Counted from the stretch's first letter, positions 10,164 through 20,067 are shown. The stretch: 64,000 bases of DNA from Candidatus Paceibacter normanii SCGC AAA255-P19 (GCA_000398025.1 ASKX01000003.1:6143-70142), one strand, 5' to 3'. Notes: generated by a model not told the origin, from the sequence alone. Numbers and translations: made by a program.

Positions 10164-10225
10164 CGGGATTTGAACCCGTGCTTAAACCTTGGAAGGGTTT
10201 CGTGCTGCCACTACACCATATCCGC
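10155..10225 (-). tRNA. tRNA-Gly(UCC)
   Basis: Minus-strand cloverleaf. Acceptor GCGGATA/TATCCGC, anticodon loop CTTCCAA, T-loop TTCAAAT. No encoded CCA. Confidence 0.9.
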
Positions 10226-10229
10226 AAAG

Positions 10230-10301
10230 TCGGGGTACCCAGATTCGAACTGGGACTAAATCCTCCCAAAGGACTCGTGCTAACCGTTACACTATACCCC
10301 G
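10230..10301 (-). tRNA. tRNA-Pro(UGG)
   Basis: Minus-strand cloverleaf. Acceptor CGGGGTA/TACCCCG, anticodon loop TTTGGGA, T-loop TTCGAAT. Confidence 0.9.
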
Positions 10302-10309
10302 TGAGCCTT

Positions 10310-10338
10310 ATTTTAGTAAAATTTCCTCTTCTGGTCAA
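10310..10338 (-). promoter_or_regulatory. Sigma70-like promoter of the tRNA-Pro/tRNA-Gly pair
   Basis: Minus strand reads TTGACC, 17 nt, TAAAAT. The -10 hexamer ends 9 nt before the tRNA-Pro 5' end. Confidence 0.55.
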
Positions 10339-10363
10339 CTTTTCAATGTGGTATACTTAGTTA

Positions 10364-11347
10364 ATGAAACTTAGAGAAATTCTGTCTCAGTTCAACATTT
10401 TTGCTCAGTGTAAAAAATACGGGCTTTCTCTTTGGCAGTGTCCCCAATTCCTCTTTTTCGTTATGGGGATAATAATTGTCGCCTCAACTCTCGCCGCTTA
10501 CCTTATTGGTAGCCGTTATGTTGAAGATCCCCAAATAGTTGCTTTAATGGTAATTGTCGTCACAGCCATTCTATTTATTATTGCCGTAATTATTACCCGT
10601 AGCTTTGAAAGATTAGCTGAGGCCAATCGCCTAAAATCAGAATTTGTCAGTGTGGTTTCTCATCAACTTCGCTCCCCCCTTTCTAATTTAAGGTGGGCGC
10701 TGGAGCTAATAATGTCAGGGAGATTAGGAAAAATCGAAGAAAAACAATTAGAATACTTTAAAATCCTCAAAGAAAACAGCAACCGAATGAGAGAGCTGGT
10801 TTCTGATTTATTAACCGTTTCCCGAATTGAAACCGCTAAGCTCCCCCTTGAAAAAGAAGAGTGTCAGCTGGAGGAAATAACCCAAAACATAATCAAGGAG
10901 TTTGAGCCTTTCGCTGAGGCTTCTAATGTTGAAATAATATTAAAACCTCAAAAAAAATTACCAAAAGTTTCAATTGATACCTCCCAGATTAAATTGGTAA
11001 TTGAAAACCTTTTGGATAACGCCATCCGTTATATTAAAGAAACCGGAAGAGTTGAAATAAAATTAGAAAAACAAGACAGAAGCTTATATTTTGAAATTAA
11101 AGACAGCGGCGTGGGAATTCCTAGGGGGGATCAAAGATATATATTTCAAAAATTCTTTCGTTCAGAAAACATTATGAGATATCAAACTCAAGGTTCGGGC
11201 CTCGGTCTCTACATTACCCGGGCCATTATCGAAAAATTAGGAGGTAAAATAGGCTTTAAGAGCCAAGAAGGCATTGGGTCGACCTTCTGGTTTACTCTAC
11301 CCATTAAAAAGCAAGATGAATTGAAAATTCATCGCAGCTCGAAATGA
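10364..11347 (+). CDS. Sensor histidine kinase (HisKA + HATPase_c)
   Basis: Two N-terminal TM segments. H-box VSHQLRSPLSNL. N/G boxes LLDNAIRY, DSGVGIP, GSGLGLYI. Confidence 0.85.
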   Translation: MKLREILSQFNIFAQCKKYGLSLWQCPQFLFFVMGIIIVASTLAAYLIGSRYVEDPQIVALMVIVVTAILFIIAVIITRSFERLAEANRLKSEFVSVVSHQLRSPLSNLRWALELIMSGRLGKIEEKQLEYFKILKENSNRMRELVSDLLTVSRIETAKLPLEKEECQLEEITQNIIKEFEPFAEASNVEIILKPQKKLPKVSIDTSQIKLVIENLLDNAIRYIKETGRVEIKLEKQDRSLYFEIKDSGVGIPRGDQRYIFQKFFRSENIMRYQTQGSGLGLYITRAIIEKLGGKIGFKSQEGIGSTFWFTLPIKKQDELKIHRSSK

Positions 11348-11365
11348 ATCTTTGATTCATTGAGC
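11337..11365. repeat. ATGAATC hairpin (GCTCGAAATGAATC-ttt-GATTCATTGAGC) spanning the kinase stop codon
   Basis: 12-bp stem with one mismatch. Near-identical stems recur at 37450..37477 and 22835..22864. It resembles hairpin 2 of the R1 repeats. Confidence 0.6.
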
Positions 11366-11374
11366 TTTAAACAC

Positions 11375-11746
11375 ATGAACAAAAAAATCTTATTTATAGA
11401 GGATGAGTCAGCCCTGCAAAAAACTTTTGGTGAGGTTTTAAGCCAAGAAGGTTACGAAATGATTTCAGCTTTGGATGGAGAGATTGGGTTAAGGTTGGCT
11501 AAAGAAAAGAAGCCGGATTTGATTTTACTCGATTTGATTTTGCCGAAAGTTAATGGCTTCGATGTTTTAAAGCAATTAAAAGAGGATAAAGAAACAAAAA
11601 GCATTCCAGTGGTTGTTTTAACTAATTTAGAGGGAATGAGAGATATAAATAAAGTAATTGAGCTGGGGGCCACTACTTATTTGGTTAAAGCTAATTATTC
11701 GCTGGGAGAAGTGGTAGAAAAAATCAAAAAAACCTTAGGCCAATAA
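11375..11746 (+). CDS. Single-domain response regulator (CheY-like receiver)
   Basis: MNKKILFIEDE, phospho-acceptor context DLILLDLILPKVNG, and conserved K in YLVKA. TTG 11360 is an alternative start. Confidence 0.85.
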   Translation: MNKKILFIEDESALQKTFGEVLSQEGYEMISALDGEIGLRLAKEKKPDLILLDLILPKVNGFDVLKQLKEDKETKSIPVVVLTNLEGMRDINKVIELGATTYLVKANYSLGEVVEKIKKTLGQ

Positions 11747-11747
11747 A

Positions 11748-13508
11748 ATGCGAGTTGAGCCGCAACAATTAAAAGCCTTTTTATTGGATGCCGGGCTGAT
11801 AACTAAAAAGCAGTTTGATTCAGCCCTGAAGAAGGCTGAAAAGACCGGCCAGAAAGTCGGTGATATTTTGGTTTCTGAAGGCTTAATCTCTGAAGAGGAG
11901 TTGATTAAGTTAGAGGCCTATATTTTAGGCATCCCCTTTGTTAATTTAGAAAAAGAGAAAATTGACTCGGAAGTTTTAAAAATAGTTCCAGAGCCCATTG
12001 CTCGTTCCCATAACATCGTCGCTTTTAGGAAAAAAGGAAATGAGTTAGAGGTAGCTATGCTTGACCCCGAAGATCTAAGAACGATTGAATTTATTAAAAA
12101 AACTGCCAACTTGAAAATTCTACCTCGTTTAACCACCCCCAGCAGTATAAAATATGTTTTGAGACAATATCAAAAAACTTTAGAGACTGAATTTGGAGAG
12201 ATTATCAAAAAAGAATCCAAAGGCATTAAAATTATTAAAGAAAAAAAAGAAGGGGGAAGGACTGACAAAGAAAGAGAAGATTTGAGAAAGGCGGCTAGCG
12301 AGCTACCGGTAATCAGAATTGTTGATACTCTCTTAAAACACGCCATTTTGCAAAGATCTTCTGATATTCACATTGAACCCACCGAAAAAGAAGTGGTTGT
12401 CAGATATCGTATCGATGGAATTCTGCGAGATGCCATGACCCTTCCCAAGCAAGCTGCCTCGGGAATAGTGGCCAGGATAAAAGTCCTTTCTGATCTAAAA
12501 CTAGATGAGCATCGTTTACCCCAAGACGGCCGATTCAAGGTGGAAACCGAAGACTATCGCTACTCGGTTCGAGTTTCTATTCTGCCAGTTTTTTATGGAG
12601 AAAAAATTGTTATGCGGCTTTTATCGGAAAAAACCAAAGCTTACACTTTAGAAGGCTTGGGACTGAGAGAAGAGTCCTTGGAAGCTGTCCAAGAAAACTT
12701 AAGAAAGCCAGTAGGTATGCTTTTAGTAACTGGTCCGACTGGCTGCGGTAAAACTACCACTCTTTATTCTATGATGGAGATCTTAAATACCCCGGCCGTC
12801 AATATTTCTACTGTTGAAGATCCCGTTGAATATCAAATGCCCAGAATTAACCAAACTCAAGTTAACTCTAAGATTGGTTTAACTTTTGCTTCCGGGCTCC
12901 GCTCTCTGGTCCGGCAAGACCCCGATATTATTATGGTGGGAGAAATCAGGGACACAGAAACTGCCAGTTTAGCCATTAACGCTGCCCTGACCGGTCACTT
13001 GGTTTTATCTACTTTGCACACTACCAACGCGGCCGGGGCCATCCCTCGCTTAATCGATATGAAAGCTGAGCCATTTTTAATTTCTTCCACCTTAAATCTT
13101 ATTTTAGCCCAGAGACTAGTTAGACGGCTTTGTCAGAATAAGGAAAAATATAACTTAACCGACTCAGAAATAAAAAATTTAAAAAAGTATTGCGATATCG
13201 AGCGGATTCTAGAAATTCTAAAAGAAGAAAAATTAGCTAAAGCAAGCCAAGGTTTTAAAAATATCACTTTTTACCGTCCCAAGCCCACCAAAGAGTGTCC
13301 CGAGGGCTATAAGGGAAGGATTGGTATTTACGAAGTATTACCGGTTACCGAAACCATTAAAGAATTAATTGTTAAAAAATCCACCGCTGACCAAATTCAG
13401 CAGCAATCGCAAAAAGAAGGCATGCGGACAATGATTGAAGACGGTTTTATCAAAGCCGCTCAAGGGGTAACCAGCATTGAAGAAGTCCTCCGGGTTATCA
13501 TAGAATAG
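11748..13508 (+). CDS. pilB: Type IV pilus assembly ATPase PilB/GspE family
   Basis: N-terminal GSPII_E-N-like domain. Walker A GPTGCGKTTT. VRQDPDIIMVGEIRD box. Cys cluster (CQN..C..CPEGY). Confidence 0.9.
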   Translation: MRVEPQQLKAFLLDAGLITKKQFDSALKKAEKTGQKVGDILVSEGLISEEELIKLEAYILGIPFVNLEKEKIDSEVLKIVPEPIARSHNIVAFRKKGNELEVAMLDPEDLRTIEFIKKTANLKILPRLTTPSSIKYVLRQYQKTLETEFGEIIKKESKGIKIIKEKKEGGRTDKEREDLRKAASELPVIRIVDTLLKHAILQRSSDIHIEPTEKEVVVRYRIDGILRDAMTLPKQAASGIVARIKVLSDLKLDEHRLPQDGRFKVETEDYRYSVRVSILPVFYGEKIVMRLLSEKTKAYTLEGLGLREESLEAVQENLRKPVGMLLVTGPTGCGKTTTLYSMMEILNTPAVNISTVEDPVEYQMPRINQTQVNSKIGLTFASGLRSLVRQDPDIIMVGEIRDTETASLAINAALTGHLVLSTLHTTNAAGAIPRLIDMKAEPFLISSTLNLILAQRLVRRLCQNKEKYNLTDSEIKNLKKYCDIERILEILKEEKLAKASQGFKNITFYRPKPTKECPEGYKGRIGIYEVLPVTETIKELIVKKSTADQIQQQSQKEGMRTMIEDGFIKAAQGVTSIEEVLRVIIE

Positions 13509-14729
13509 ATGCCTACTTATTCTTATATTGCTAAAACCCTAAAAGGAGAAGAAAAGACCGGAACTTTGGAAGCCGAAGATAAGTATCAGTTAGCCAGAAC
13601 CCTAAAACAACAGGGTTTAATTTTAATTAAGGCAGAAACAGAAGAGGAGGGGCCAAAAAGGAGAAAATTAGCTATTGCTATTCCTTTTTTTGGCGGAGTT
13701 TCTTTGACAGAAAAAATGTTCTTTACCAGGAATCTTCAGGTAATGGTAGCTGCGGGGCTTCCCTTGCCCAAGGCCTTGGAAACCTTATCTTCCCAAGTAA
13801 AAAGTAAAAAGCTTAAGGAAGCTTTGCTAGATATTAGAGAAAGAATTATTAAAGGTCATAATTTTTCAGAATCTTTAACCAAGTGGCCAGGTATCTTTTC
13901 TGAACTTTTCCAAAATATGATTAAGGTAGGCGAAGAAGCAGGAACTTTAGAAGAGTCCTTAAGGGTTTTATCTCAGCAAATAGAAAGAGAGCATAGTTTA
14001 AAGTCGCAGATAAAGGGAGCAATGATTTATCCGGCTGTAATTATTTGCGCCATGATTGGTATTGGTATTTTGATGCTGATTATGGTCGTGCCTCAATTAG
14101 CTGAAACCTTTGAAGAGTTGAGCATCGAACTTCCCATAACCACCAAAATTGTCATCGGTTTCGCCACTTTTTTAGTTGAGAAATGGTATTTGTTAATTCT
14201 AATTTTGGCCTTTCTCATTTTTCTTTTATGGCAAGCAATGAAAATTGAAAAGGGAAAGAAAATAACGGACAAGCTATTATTAAAAATTCCAATCATTTCT
14301 TCTATTATTAAAAAAACTAATTTAGCTTACACTGCCAGAACCCTCAGTTCTTTAATTTCCGCTGGCGTGCCAATCGTTAAATCGTTGGAAATTACTTCGG
14401 GAACTTTAGGAAATATTTATTATAAAGCAGCTATTACCGAGGCGGCTGAGAGAGTCAGGAAAGGAGAAAAGTTGTCCGAGATTTTAAAGCCTTACCGTGA
14501 CATTTATTCTCCAACTTTTATCCAAATGGTGGCGGTTGGTGAAGAAACTGGAGAAACTTCAACTATTCTAGCTAAGTTGGCTGATTTCTTTGAAGAAGAA
14601 GTAGGCCGGACCACCAAAAACCTAGCTTCGGTTATTGAGCCGGTTTTAATGATTATTATTGGAGCAGCCATTGGATTTTTTGCCGTTTCAATGATTCAGC
14701 CGATGTACTCTATGCTGGGAGCCATATGA
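13509..14729 (+). CDS. pilC: Type IV pilus platform protein PilC/GspF family
   Basis: 406 aa with two GspF repeats and three TM segments. Ends QPMYSMLGAI, as is typical of PilC. Confidence 0.9.
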   Translation: MPTYSYIAKTLKGEEKTGTLEAEDKYQLARTLKQQGLILIKAETEEEGPKRRKLAIAIPFFGGVSLTEKMFFTRNLQVMVAAGLPLPKALETLSSQVKSKKLKEALLDIRERIIKGHNFSESLTKWPGIFSELFQNMIKVGEEAGTLEESLRVLSQQIEREHSLKSQIKGAMIYPAVIICAMIGIGILMLIMVVPQLAETFEELSIELPITTKIVIGFATFLVEKWYLLILILAFLIFLLWQAMKIEKGKKITDKLLLKIPIISSIIKKTNLAYTARTLSSLISAGVPIVKSLEITSGTLGNIYYKAAITEAAERVRKGEKLSEILKPYRDIYSPTFIQMVAVGEETGETSTILAKLADFFEEEVGRTTKNLASVIEPVLMIIIGAAIGFFAVSMIQPMYSMLGAI

Positions 14730-16846
14730 GGAAATCAAACGGTTTTACTTTTATTGATGCAATGGTAGGCACATCACTTGTGCTTATTGTTTTTTTAGGT
14801 ATTTTCGGTGTTTATCAATTAGGTTTAAAAGTAGTGAGTCAGTCCAAGGCCAGAATAACTGCTACCGCTCTAGCTAATCAAAAAATAGAACTGGCTCATA
14901 ATTTACCTTATGATGACGTGGGAACAGTTGGCGGCATTCCCTCAGGCACCATCCTAGAAACTGAAGATGTCACCAGAAACAATATTGATTACACTGTTAA
15001 AACCACTGTTGTTTATATTGATGATCCTTTTGATGGCGTAGTACCCAACGATACCCTGCCGGCTGACTATAAAAGAATAAAAGTTAAAACCTCTTGGTCT
15101 GGTAGGTTTGAAGGAGAAGTCAACTTGGTAACTGATATTGTTCCCAAAGGAATAGAATCTGAGGCTGGCGGAGGGACTCTTTTGGTTTCAGTTTTTAATG
15201 CTGAAGGTCTGGGCGTCCCTCAAGCAGATCTTCACCTAGTTAATGAAGAAGTGACCCCTCCTATTGATGCTTGGTATCAAACCGATAATTTTGGCGATCT
15301 AGTTTTGCCGGGTGCTCCGGTTTCTGTTGAGGGCTATCAAATTACGGCCAGCAGAACCAGTTATAGCACTGCCCGAACTTATGGGTCCGAAGAAGTGGTT
15401 AATCCTTCAAAGCCCCATGCCTCAGTCTATGAAGGCGACTTGACGGAAATTAGTTTTTCCATAGATAAAGTAAGCAATTTATCAATTGATACTGTTTCGC
15501 CGGTGGGAGTGGCTAGCTTTTTTGATTCTTTTTTGGACGAAACAAAAATTGCTGAAAAATCCCATATAGTGGTAGCTTCAGGTCAGGTAGAGTTAGAACC
15601 AAGTCATTATTCCAACATAATTCTGCCGGTAGCGGGAAGAGTAAAAGTAGAATTTGTCAGCGAGGATGCTAGTCAGGATAATTCTTTCGGTCTTTACTTA
15701 CCCCATGAAGAAGAGATTTTTCCTTATGCTGATTCTGAGCATTTAAATCCCGGTGATTCTTATGATTTGGGTCTTTTTACTGAAGGGACAGAAATAGGTT
15801 TTTTTCTAGCCACTCAACCTGAATATCAAGGACCAAGGTGGTACACTGATTCCAGTTTGAATTCCGATGGTTACGATCACGTTAGAATAACCCAACCTGG
15901 TTCTTCTTCTTGGAAGCTGGAATGGGAAGATACTGAAGGGGGTGGCGATGAAGATTTTGATGATCTGATAGCACTGATGACTCTAACGGCTGAAGGTTAT
16001 TTTAGTTCTGGCTATTTAATTTCTACTACGGTTATTCCTGAAGAATTAACTGGTTGGGAAAAACTTTATTTTACTGATGAGGAGCCAGCTGCTACCCAAA
16101 TAAGTTATCAAATTTTATATTTTGATGGAGGAGGTTGGATTTCTATTCCCAACAGCGACTTGCCAGGCAACGAGGTTGGTTTTGGGCTAAGCCCGGTTGA
16201 TTTATCAGGCCTTTCCGTAATTACTTATCCTGAAATCAAATTAAAAGGAAACCTTTCTACTGTTGACCTCACTGTTTCCCCAATTCTTTACGATTGGCAG
16301 GTCAGTTGGAAAACCGCCAGTCCGGTTCCCGTAGCTAATACCCCCTTCAAGTTAGAAGGGGCAAAAACCATTGGCACCGACGGTGAAGGAGGGCCGGTTT
16401 TAAAATATTCTCAAAACTATATTACTAATGGCTTCGGTCACCTGGAAATTATTAATTTAGAGTGGGATTCTTATAGTTTTTATGTTGACAAAGCCGCCAC
16501 TGGCTTAGATTTGATTGAAACTCAACCCACCGAACCACTCGATCTTTTACCCGACACTACCCAACCTGTCACCTTAATCTTGGAAGCTGAAAACACTCTT
16601 TTGATTACTGTTCAGGATGCTTCTACTCTAGAACCAATTTTTGCTGCTTCCTGCCGAGTCTACAATTTCTCCTTATCTTATGATAAACAGCAGCCAACCG
16701 ACGAAGATGGACAATCTTTCTTTATTCCCTTGGAAGCGGCCACTTACGACTTAGAAATTGGAGCTTCCGGTTACCAAATTTATAATGGCCAAGTTTGGGT
16801 TTCTGGCGACGTCACCCTAACCGTTAACTTAACTAAATTACCATGA
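14726..16846 (+). CDS. Giant prepilin-type N-terminal domain protein (706 aa) with DUF4114-like and carboxypeptidase-regulatory-like modules
   Basis: MRKSNGFTFIDAMVGTSLVLIVFLGIF is a class III signal. GFFLATQ...DGYDHVRI...GGGDEDFDDLIALM resembles DUF4114. ATGA overlap with pilC. Confidence 0.7.
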   Translation: MRKSNGFTFIDAMVGTSLVLIVFLGIFGVYQLGLKVVSQSKARITATALANQKIELAHNLPYDDVGTVGGIPSGTILETEDVTRNNIDYTVKTTVVYIDDPFDGVVPNDTLPADYKRIKVKTSWSGRFEGEVNLVTDIVPKGIESEAGGGTLLVSVFNAEGLGVPQADLHLVNEEVTPPIDAWYQTDNFGDLVLPGAPVSVEGYQITASRTSYSTARTYGSEEVVNPSKPHASVYEGDLTEISFSIDKVSNLSIDTVSPVGVASFFDSFLDETKIAEKSHIVVASGQVELEPSHYSNIILPVAGRVKVEFVSEDASQDNSFGLYLPHEEEIFPYADSEHLNPGDSYDLGLFTEGTEIGFFLATQPEYQGPRWYTDSSLNSDGYDHVRITQPGSSSWKLEWEDTEGGGDEDFDDLIALMTLTAEGYFSSGYLISTTVIPEELTGWEKLYFTDEEPAATQISYQILYFDGGGWISIPNSDLPGNEVGFGLSPVDLSGLSVITYPEIKLKGNLSTVDLTVSPILYDWQVSWKTASPVPVANTPFKLEGAKTIGTDGEGGPVLKYSQNYITNGFGHLEIINLEWDSYSFYVDKAATGLDLIETQPTEPLDLLPDTTQPVTLILEAENTLLITVQDASTLEPIFAASCRVYNFSLSYDKQQPTDEDGQSFFIPLEAATYDLEIGASGYQIYNGQVWVSGDVTLTVNLTKLP

Positions 16847-17496
16847 GGCGAGGGTTTACCCCTCACCAATTTTCAATGAGGATAACAAGAATTTTAAAAA
16901 CTGCCACAAAAATTGGTGCGGGGTTTACCCTAATTGAGGTTATCGTTACCATTGTTATTTTTAGTTTGGCTTTGGGAGCTATTTCTAGCTTTGTGGTTTT
17001 GGGCTACAAAACCCAAAGCTATACCTTCCAGCAGTCAGTAGCTATTGGCGAGGCCAGAAAAGGAATAGAAACAATGGTTAAAGAAATAAGAGAAGCCAGA
17101 TTAGGAGACGACGGCTCTTATATTATTGAGATGGCTCAAGATTTTGAATTTATTTTTTACTCAGACATTGATAAAGACGAAGACACCGAAAGAATTAGAT
17201 ATTTTGTTGATGGAGAAAATTTTCAAAAAGGAGTAGTAGAGCCTACTGGCTGGCCAATTGAATACCCTTCAGCTAATGAAAAAATTTATACTCTGTCCCA
17301 ACATGTTAAAAACCTACCTCCCATTTTTCATTATTATGATGGCTCGGGTAACGAATTAACTGAGTTACCAGCTAGATTGAAAGACACTAAACTAATGAAA
17401 GTTTATTTGGTGATTAACGTTAATCCTAATCGGCCGCCTCAGGATTTTATTTTAGAATCAAGCGTCCAAATCAGAAACCTAAAAACCAACTTATGA
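16843..17496 (+). CDS. Prepilin-type pseudopilin with interrupted N-terminus
   Basis: The canonical GFTLIEVIVTIVIFSLALGAI follows a 23-codon in-frame insert after a first MRRGFT. Alternative start at ATG 16876 (MRITRILK). Confidence 0.75.
   Translation: MRRGFTPHQFSMRITRILKTATKIGAGFTLIEVIVTIVIFSLALGAISSFVVLGYKTQSYTFQQSVAIGEARKGIETMVKEIREARLGDDGSYIIEMAQDFEFIFYSDIDKDEDTERIRYFVDGENFQKGVVEPTGWPIEYPSANEKIYTLSQHVKNLPPIFHYYDGSGNELTELPARLKDTKLMKVYLVINVNPNRPPQDFILESSVQIRNLKTNL
16862..16920. mobile_element. 59-nt MITE-like insert inside the pseudopilin gene
   Basis: 10-bp inverted termini CACCAATTTT (16864..16873) and AAAATTGGTG (16909..16918). They are bracketed by the exact 10-bp direct repeat GGGTTTACCC (16852..16861 and 16921..16930). 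Confidence 0.5.
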
Positions 17497-17500
17497 GCTT

Positions 17501-18919
17501 ATGAGGGAAAAAGGAACTATTATTACTTTGGTTTTAGTCTTTGGGTCAATCTTTTCGCTTTTGCTAGCTGGCTTGATTGGTTTTGTCTTGCTTCAGCATC
17601 GTCAATCTCTTCAAAAAGTAGCCTGGACAGAATCTCTTCAAATAGCTGAGGCCGGAATAAACTATGCCAGGTGGCACTTGGCTCACGCTCCCTCAGATTT
17701 TAATTTTTCTGGAATTTACGATTATAGAGACCCCCAGGAAGCAGTTATCGGTCAATATCAATTAGAGATTACTGCTCCTTCTGGCTGTCATCCGCCAGTA
17801 ACCATAGAGTCTACCGGCTGGACTTCAAAATATCCTGAAGTAGAAAGAAAAATTCAGGTAAAGTATGCCAAGCCCGCTCTAGCTAAATACGCTTTTTTGA
17901 CCCACAGCAATGTTTGGTTTGGGCCCGATGAAGAGTTAAAAGGCCCATTCCACTCTAATGGTGGAATCAGAATGGATGGGATTCAAAACTCTCTTTCCGC
18001 TTCGGCCAAAGAAACCTACATTTGTGGGGCAGAGCATGGTTGTTCTTTTTGGGATTGTCCTTTTCCCTGTTCTTGGACTAGTTCTCATTGCGAGTGCCCG
18101 GGAATTTGGGGAGCGGGTGAAGGTCAAGCTCAAGGGCTTTGGGAATTCCCGGTGCCAGCAATTGATTTTGACAGTATAGTTCAGGATTTAGCTGTTTTAA
18201 AAAGCGAAGCTGAAGCAGCTGGTACTTTTTTTGGGCCCTCCGGCGCTTATGGCTGGCGAATTCAATTTGTTAATGACAGCACCTTCAATCTTTATAAAGT
18301 AACTGGTTTAAGGTCTAAGGTTTGGGGCTATGATGGAGAAGGGTGGGTTTATGAATCCAATGATATAAATACTGATGCTTTTCAGGTAAACTATTCTTTG
18401 CCGACTGGTTGCGCCCCAATTTTCGTTGAAGATACCCTTTGGGTAGATGGTGATGTTAAGGGGAGGGTAACGGCGGTAGCCGCCAAACTTCCAGAAACCC
18501 CAGCTTCAATGAAAAAAATCATTATAAATGGTAATATAGATTATGTAGATCAAGATTCAGTTTTGGGATTAATCGCTCAGAAAGACATTTTAATACCTCT
18601 TTATTCTCCCGATAATTTAGCAATTAAAGCTAGCTTACTAGCTAAAAATGGGCACGTCTTTCGCTACTACTACCCTCCTTGGTGGTGGGAGCCCTATAAA
18701 ACTTACGCCAAAAGAGATTATATTGAAACCTATGGTTCAATCATTACCAACGCCATCTGGACTTTTACTTGGGTGAAAAAAGAAGGCTGGATAGAGATTT
18801 TTGAGTCAGGCTATGAAAACACCAATATGATGTACGATTCCACTTTAACCTATAATCCTCCTCCCTATTTCCCCACCACTGGAAAATACGAATTTGTTTC
18901 TTGGGAGGAACTTCAATAA
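17501..18919 (+). CDS. PilX-N-like pilus-associated protein
   Basis: N-terminal anchor (IITLVLVFGSIFSLLLAGLIGFVLL) followed by an AEAGINYARWHL helix as in the PilX N-domain. Cys-rich patch. Lies within the pilus operon. Confidence 0.6.
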   Translation: MREKGTIITLVLVFGSIFSLLLAGLIGFVLLQHRQSLQKVAWTESLQIAEAGINYARWHLAHAPSDFNFSGIYDYRDPQEAVIGQYQLEITAPSGCHPPVTIESTGWTSKYPEVERKIQVKYAKPALAKYAFLTHSNVWFGPDEELKGPFHSNGGIRMDGIQNSLSASAKETYICGAEHGCSFWDCPFPCSWTSSHCECPGIWGAGEGQAQGLWEFPVPAIDFDSIVQDLAVLKSEAEAAGTFFGPSGAYGWRIQFVNDSTFNLYKVTGLRSKVWGYDGEGWVYESNDINTDAFQVNYSLPTGCAPIFVEDTLWVDGDVKGRVTAVAAKLPETPASMKKIIINGNIDYVDQDSVLGLIAQKDILIPLYSPDNLAIKASLLAKNGHVFRYYYPPWWWEPYKTYAKRDYIETYGSIITNAIWTFTWVKKEGWIEIFESGYENTNMMYDSTLTYNPPPYFPTTGKYEFVSWEELQ

Positions 18920-18936
18920 ATTTTTAATTTATTTTA

Positions 18937-20067
18937 ATGCTCACTTTGCTTAATTTAAAACCCGAAGCCTTTGGCCTAGATATTTCCGACCTATCTTTAA
19001 AGATTGTTAAACTCGGAAAAAAAGGAAAGTTTTTTAATCTGACTTCTTTCGGCGAAGAAAAAATAAAACCGGGAATAATCAAAGGAGGAGAAATAAAAGA
19101 CGAGAAGGCCTTAGCTAAAATTATTCAGCAAGCCTTAGTCAAAATTAAAGGAAAAGGGATGGGAACAAAATATGTAATGGTTTCTTTGCCAGAAGAGAAG
19201 GCCTTCTTGCAAGTAATCCAAATGCCCAGAATGTCAGAAGAAGAACTGAGGGCAGCGGTAATTTATGAAGCTGAGAATTATATTCCTCTGCCGATTGAAA
19301 AGATGTATTTGGATTCCCAGCTTATTCCTCCTGTCTACAATCACTTGGATCACGCCGACGTTTTAATCGCCGCTCTGCCCAAAAAGACAGTCGATCCTTA
19401 CGTTTCAATTTTGAAATTAGCAGGATTAAAACCCCTTGCTTTAGAGATAGAATCTCTGGCTATTGCCCGATCTTTAATTAAAAATGAGGTTACTACTTCT
19501 CCGGTTCTTTTGATTGATTTGGGAGCCACCAGGACCAGCTTTATTGTTTTTGCTGGTCACTCTTTGCGTTTTACTTCTTCTATTCCCGTATCTTCGCAGG
19601 GATTTACAGAAATTATTTCTAAAACTTTAAAGGTAAGCTTGGCCGAGGCTGAGAAACTAAAAATAAAACATGGCCTGGAGGAAAAAATTAAATTAGAAAT
19701 CAAAGATCAAAAATCAGAAAAAAGAGTAGAAAGGGGGAGAATTTTTGAGGCCTTAGTTCCTCCTTTAGTTGATTTAATTCAACAAATTAAAAGACATTTG
19801 GAATATTATCGAACTCACGCCTCTCATGAACATCTACCGCCCAACGGCAAGGAAGTAGAAAAAATTTATCTTTGCGGCGGCGGCGCCAACCTCAAAGGGC
19901 TTCCCGAGCTCCTTACCTTAGAGTTGAAAGTACCAGTTGAGCTGGGCAATCCTTGGATTAATATTCTACCTGAGTCTTTGAATGAAGCTTCCGGTTTACC
20001 TTTTGAAGAATCCTTAAGATATACTACTGCCTTAGGTTTGGCTCTCCGAGGAGGAAGAGAAGAATAA
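18937..20067 (+). CDS. pilM: Type IV pilus assembly protein PilM (actin-like ATPase)
   Basis: FGLDISDLSLKIVKL and DLGATRTSFIVF phosphate motifs, plus LCGGGANLKGL. Confidence 0.85.
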   Translation: MLTLLNLKPEAFGLDISDLSLKIVKLGKKGKFFNLTSFGEEKIKPGIIKGGEIKDEKALAKIIQQALVKIKGKGMGTKYVMVSLPEEKAFLQVIQMPRMSEEELRAAVIYEAENYIPLPIEKMYLDSQLIPPVYNHLDHADVLIAALPKKTVDPYVSILKLAGLKPLALEIESLAIARSLIKNEVTTSPVLLIDLGATRTSFIVFAGHSLRFTSSIPVSSQGFTEIISKTLKVSLAEAEKLKIKHGLEEKIKLEIKDQKSEKRVERGRIFEALVPPLVDLIQQIKRHLEYYRTHASHEHLPPNGKEVEKIYLCGGGANLKGLPELLTLELKVPVELGNPWINILPESLNEASGLPFEESLRYTTALGLALRGGREE

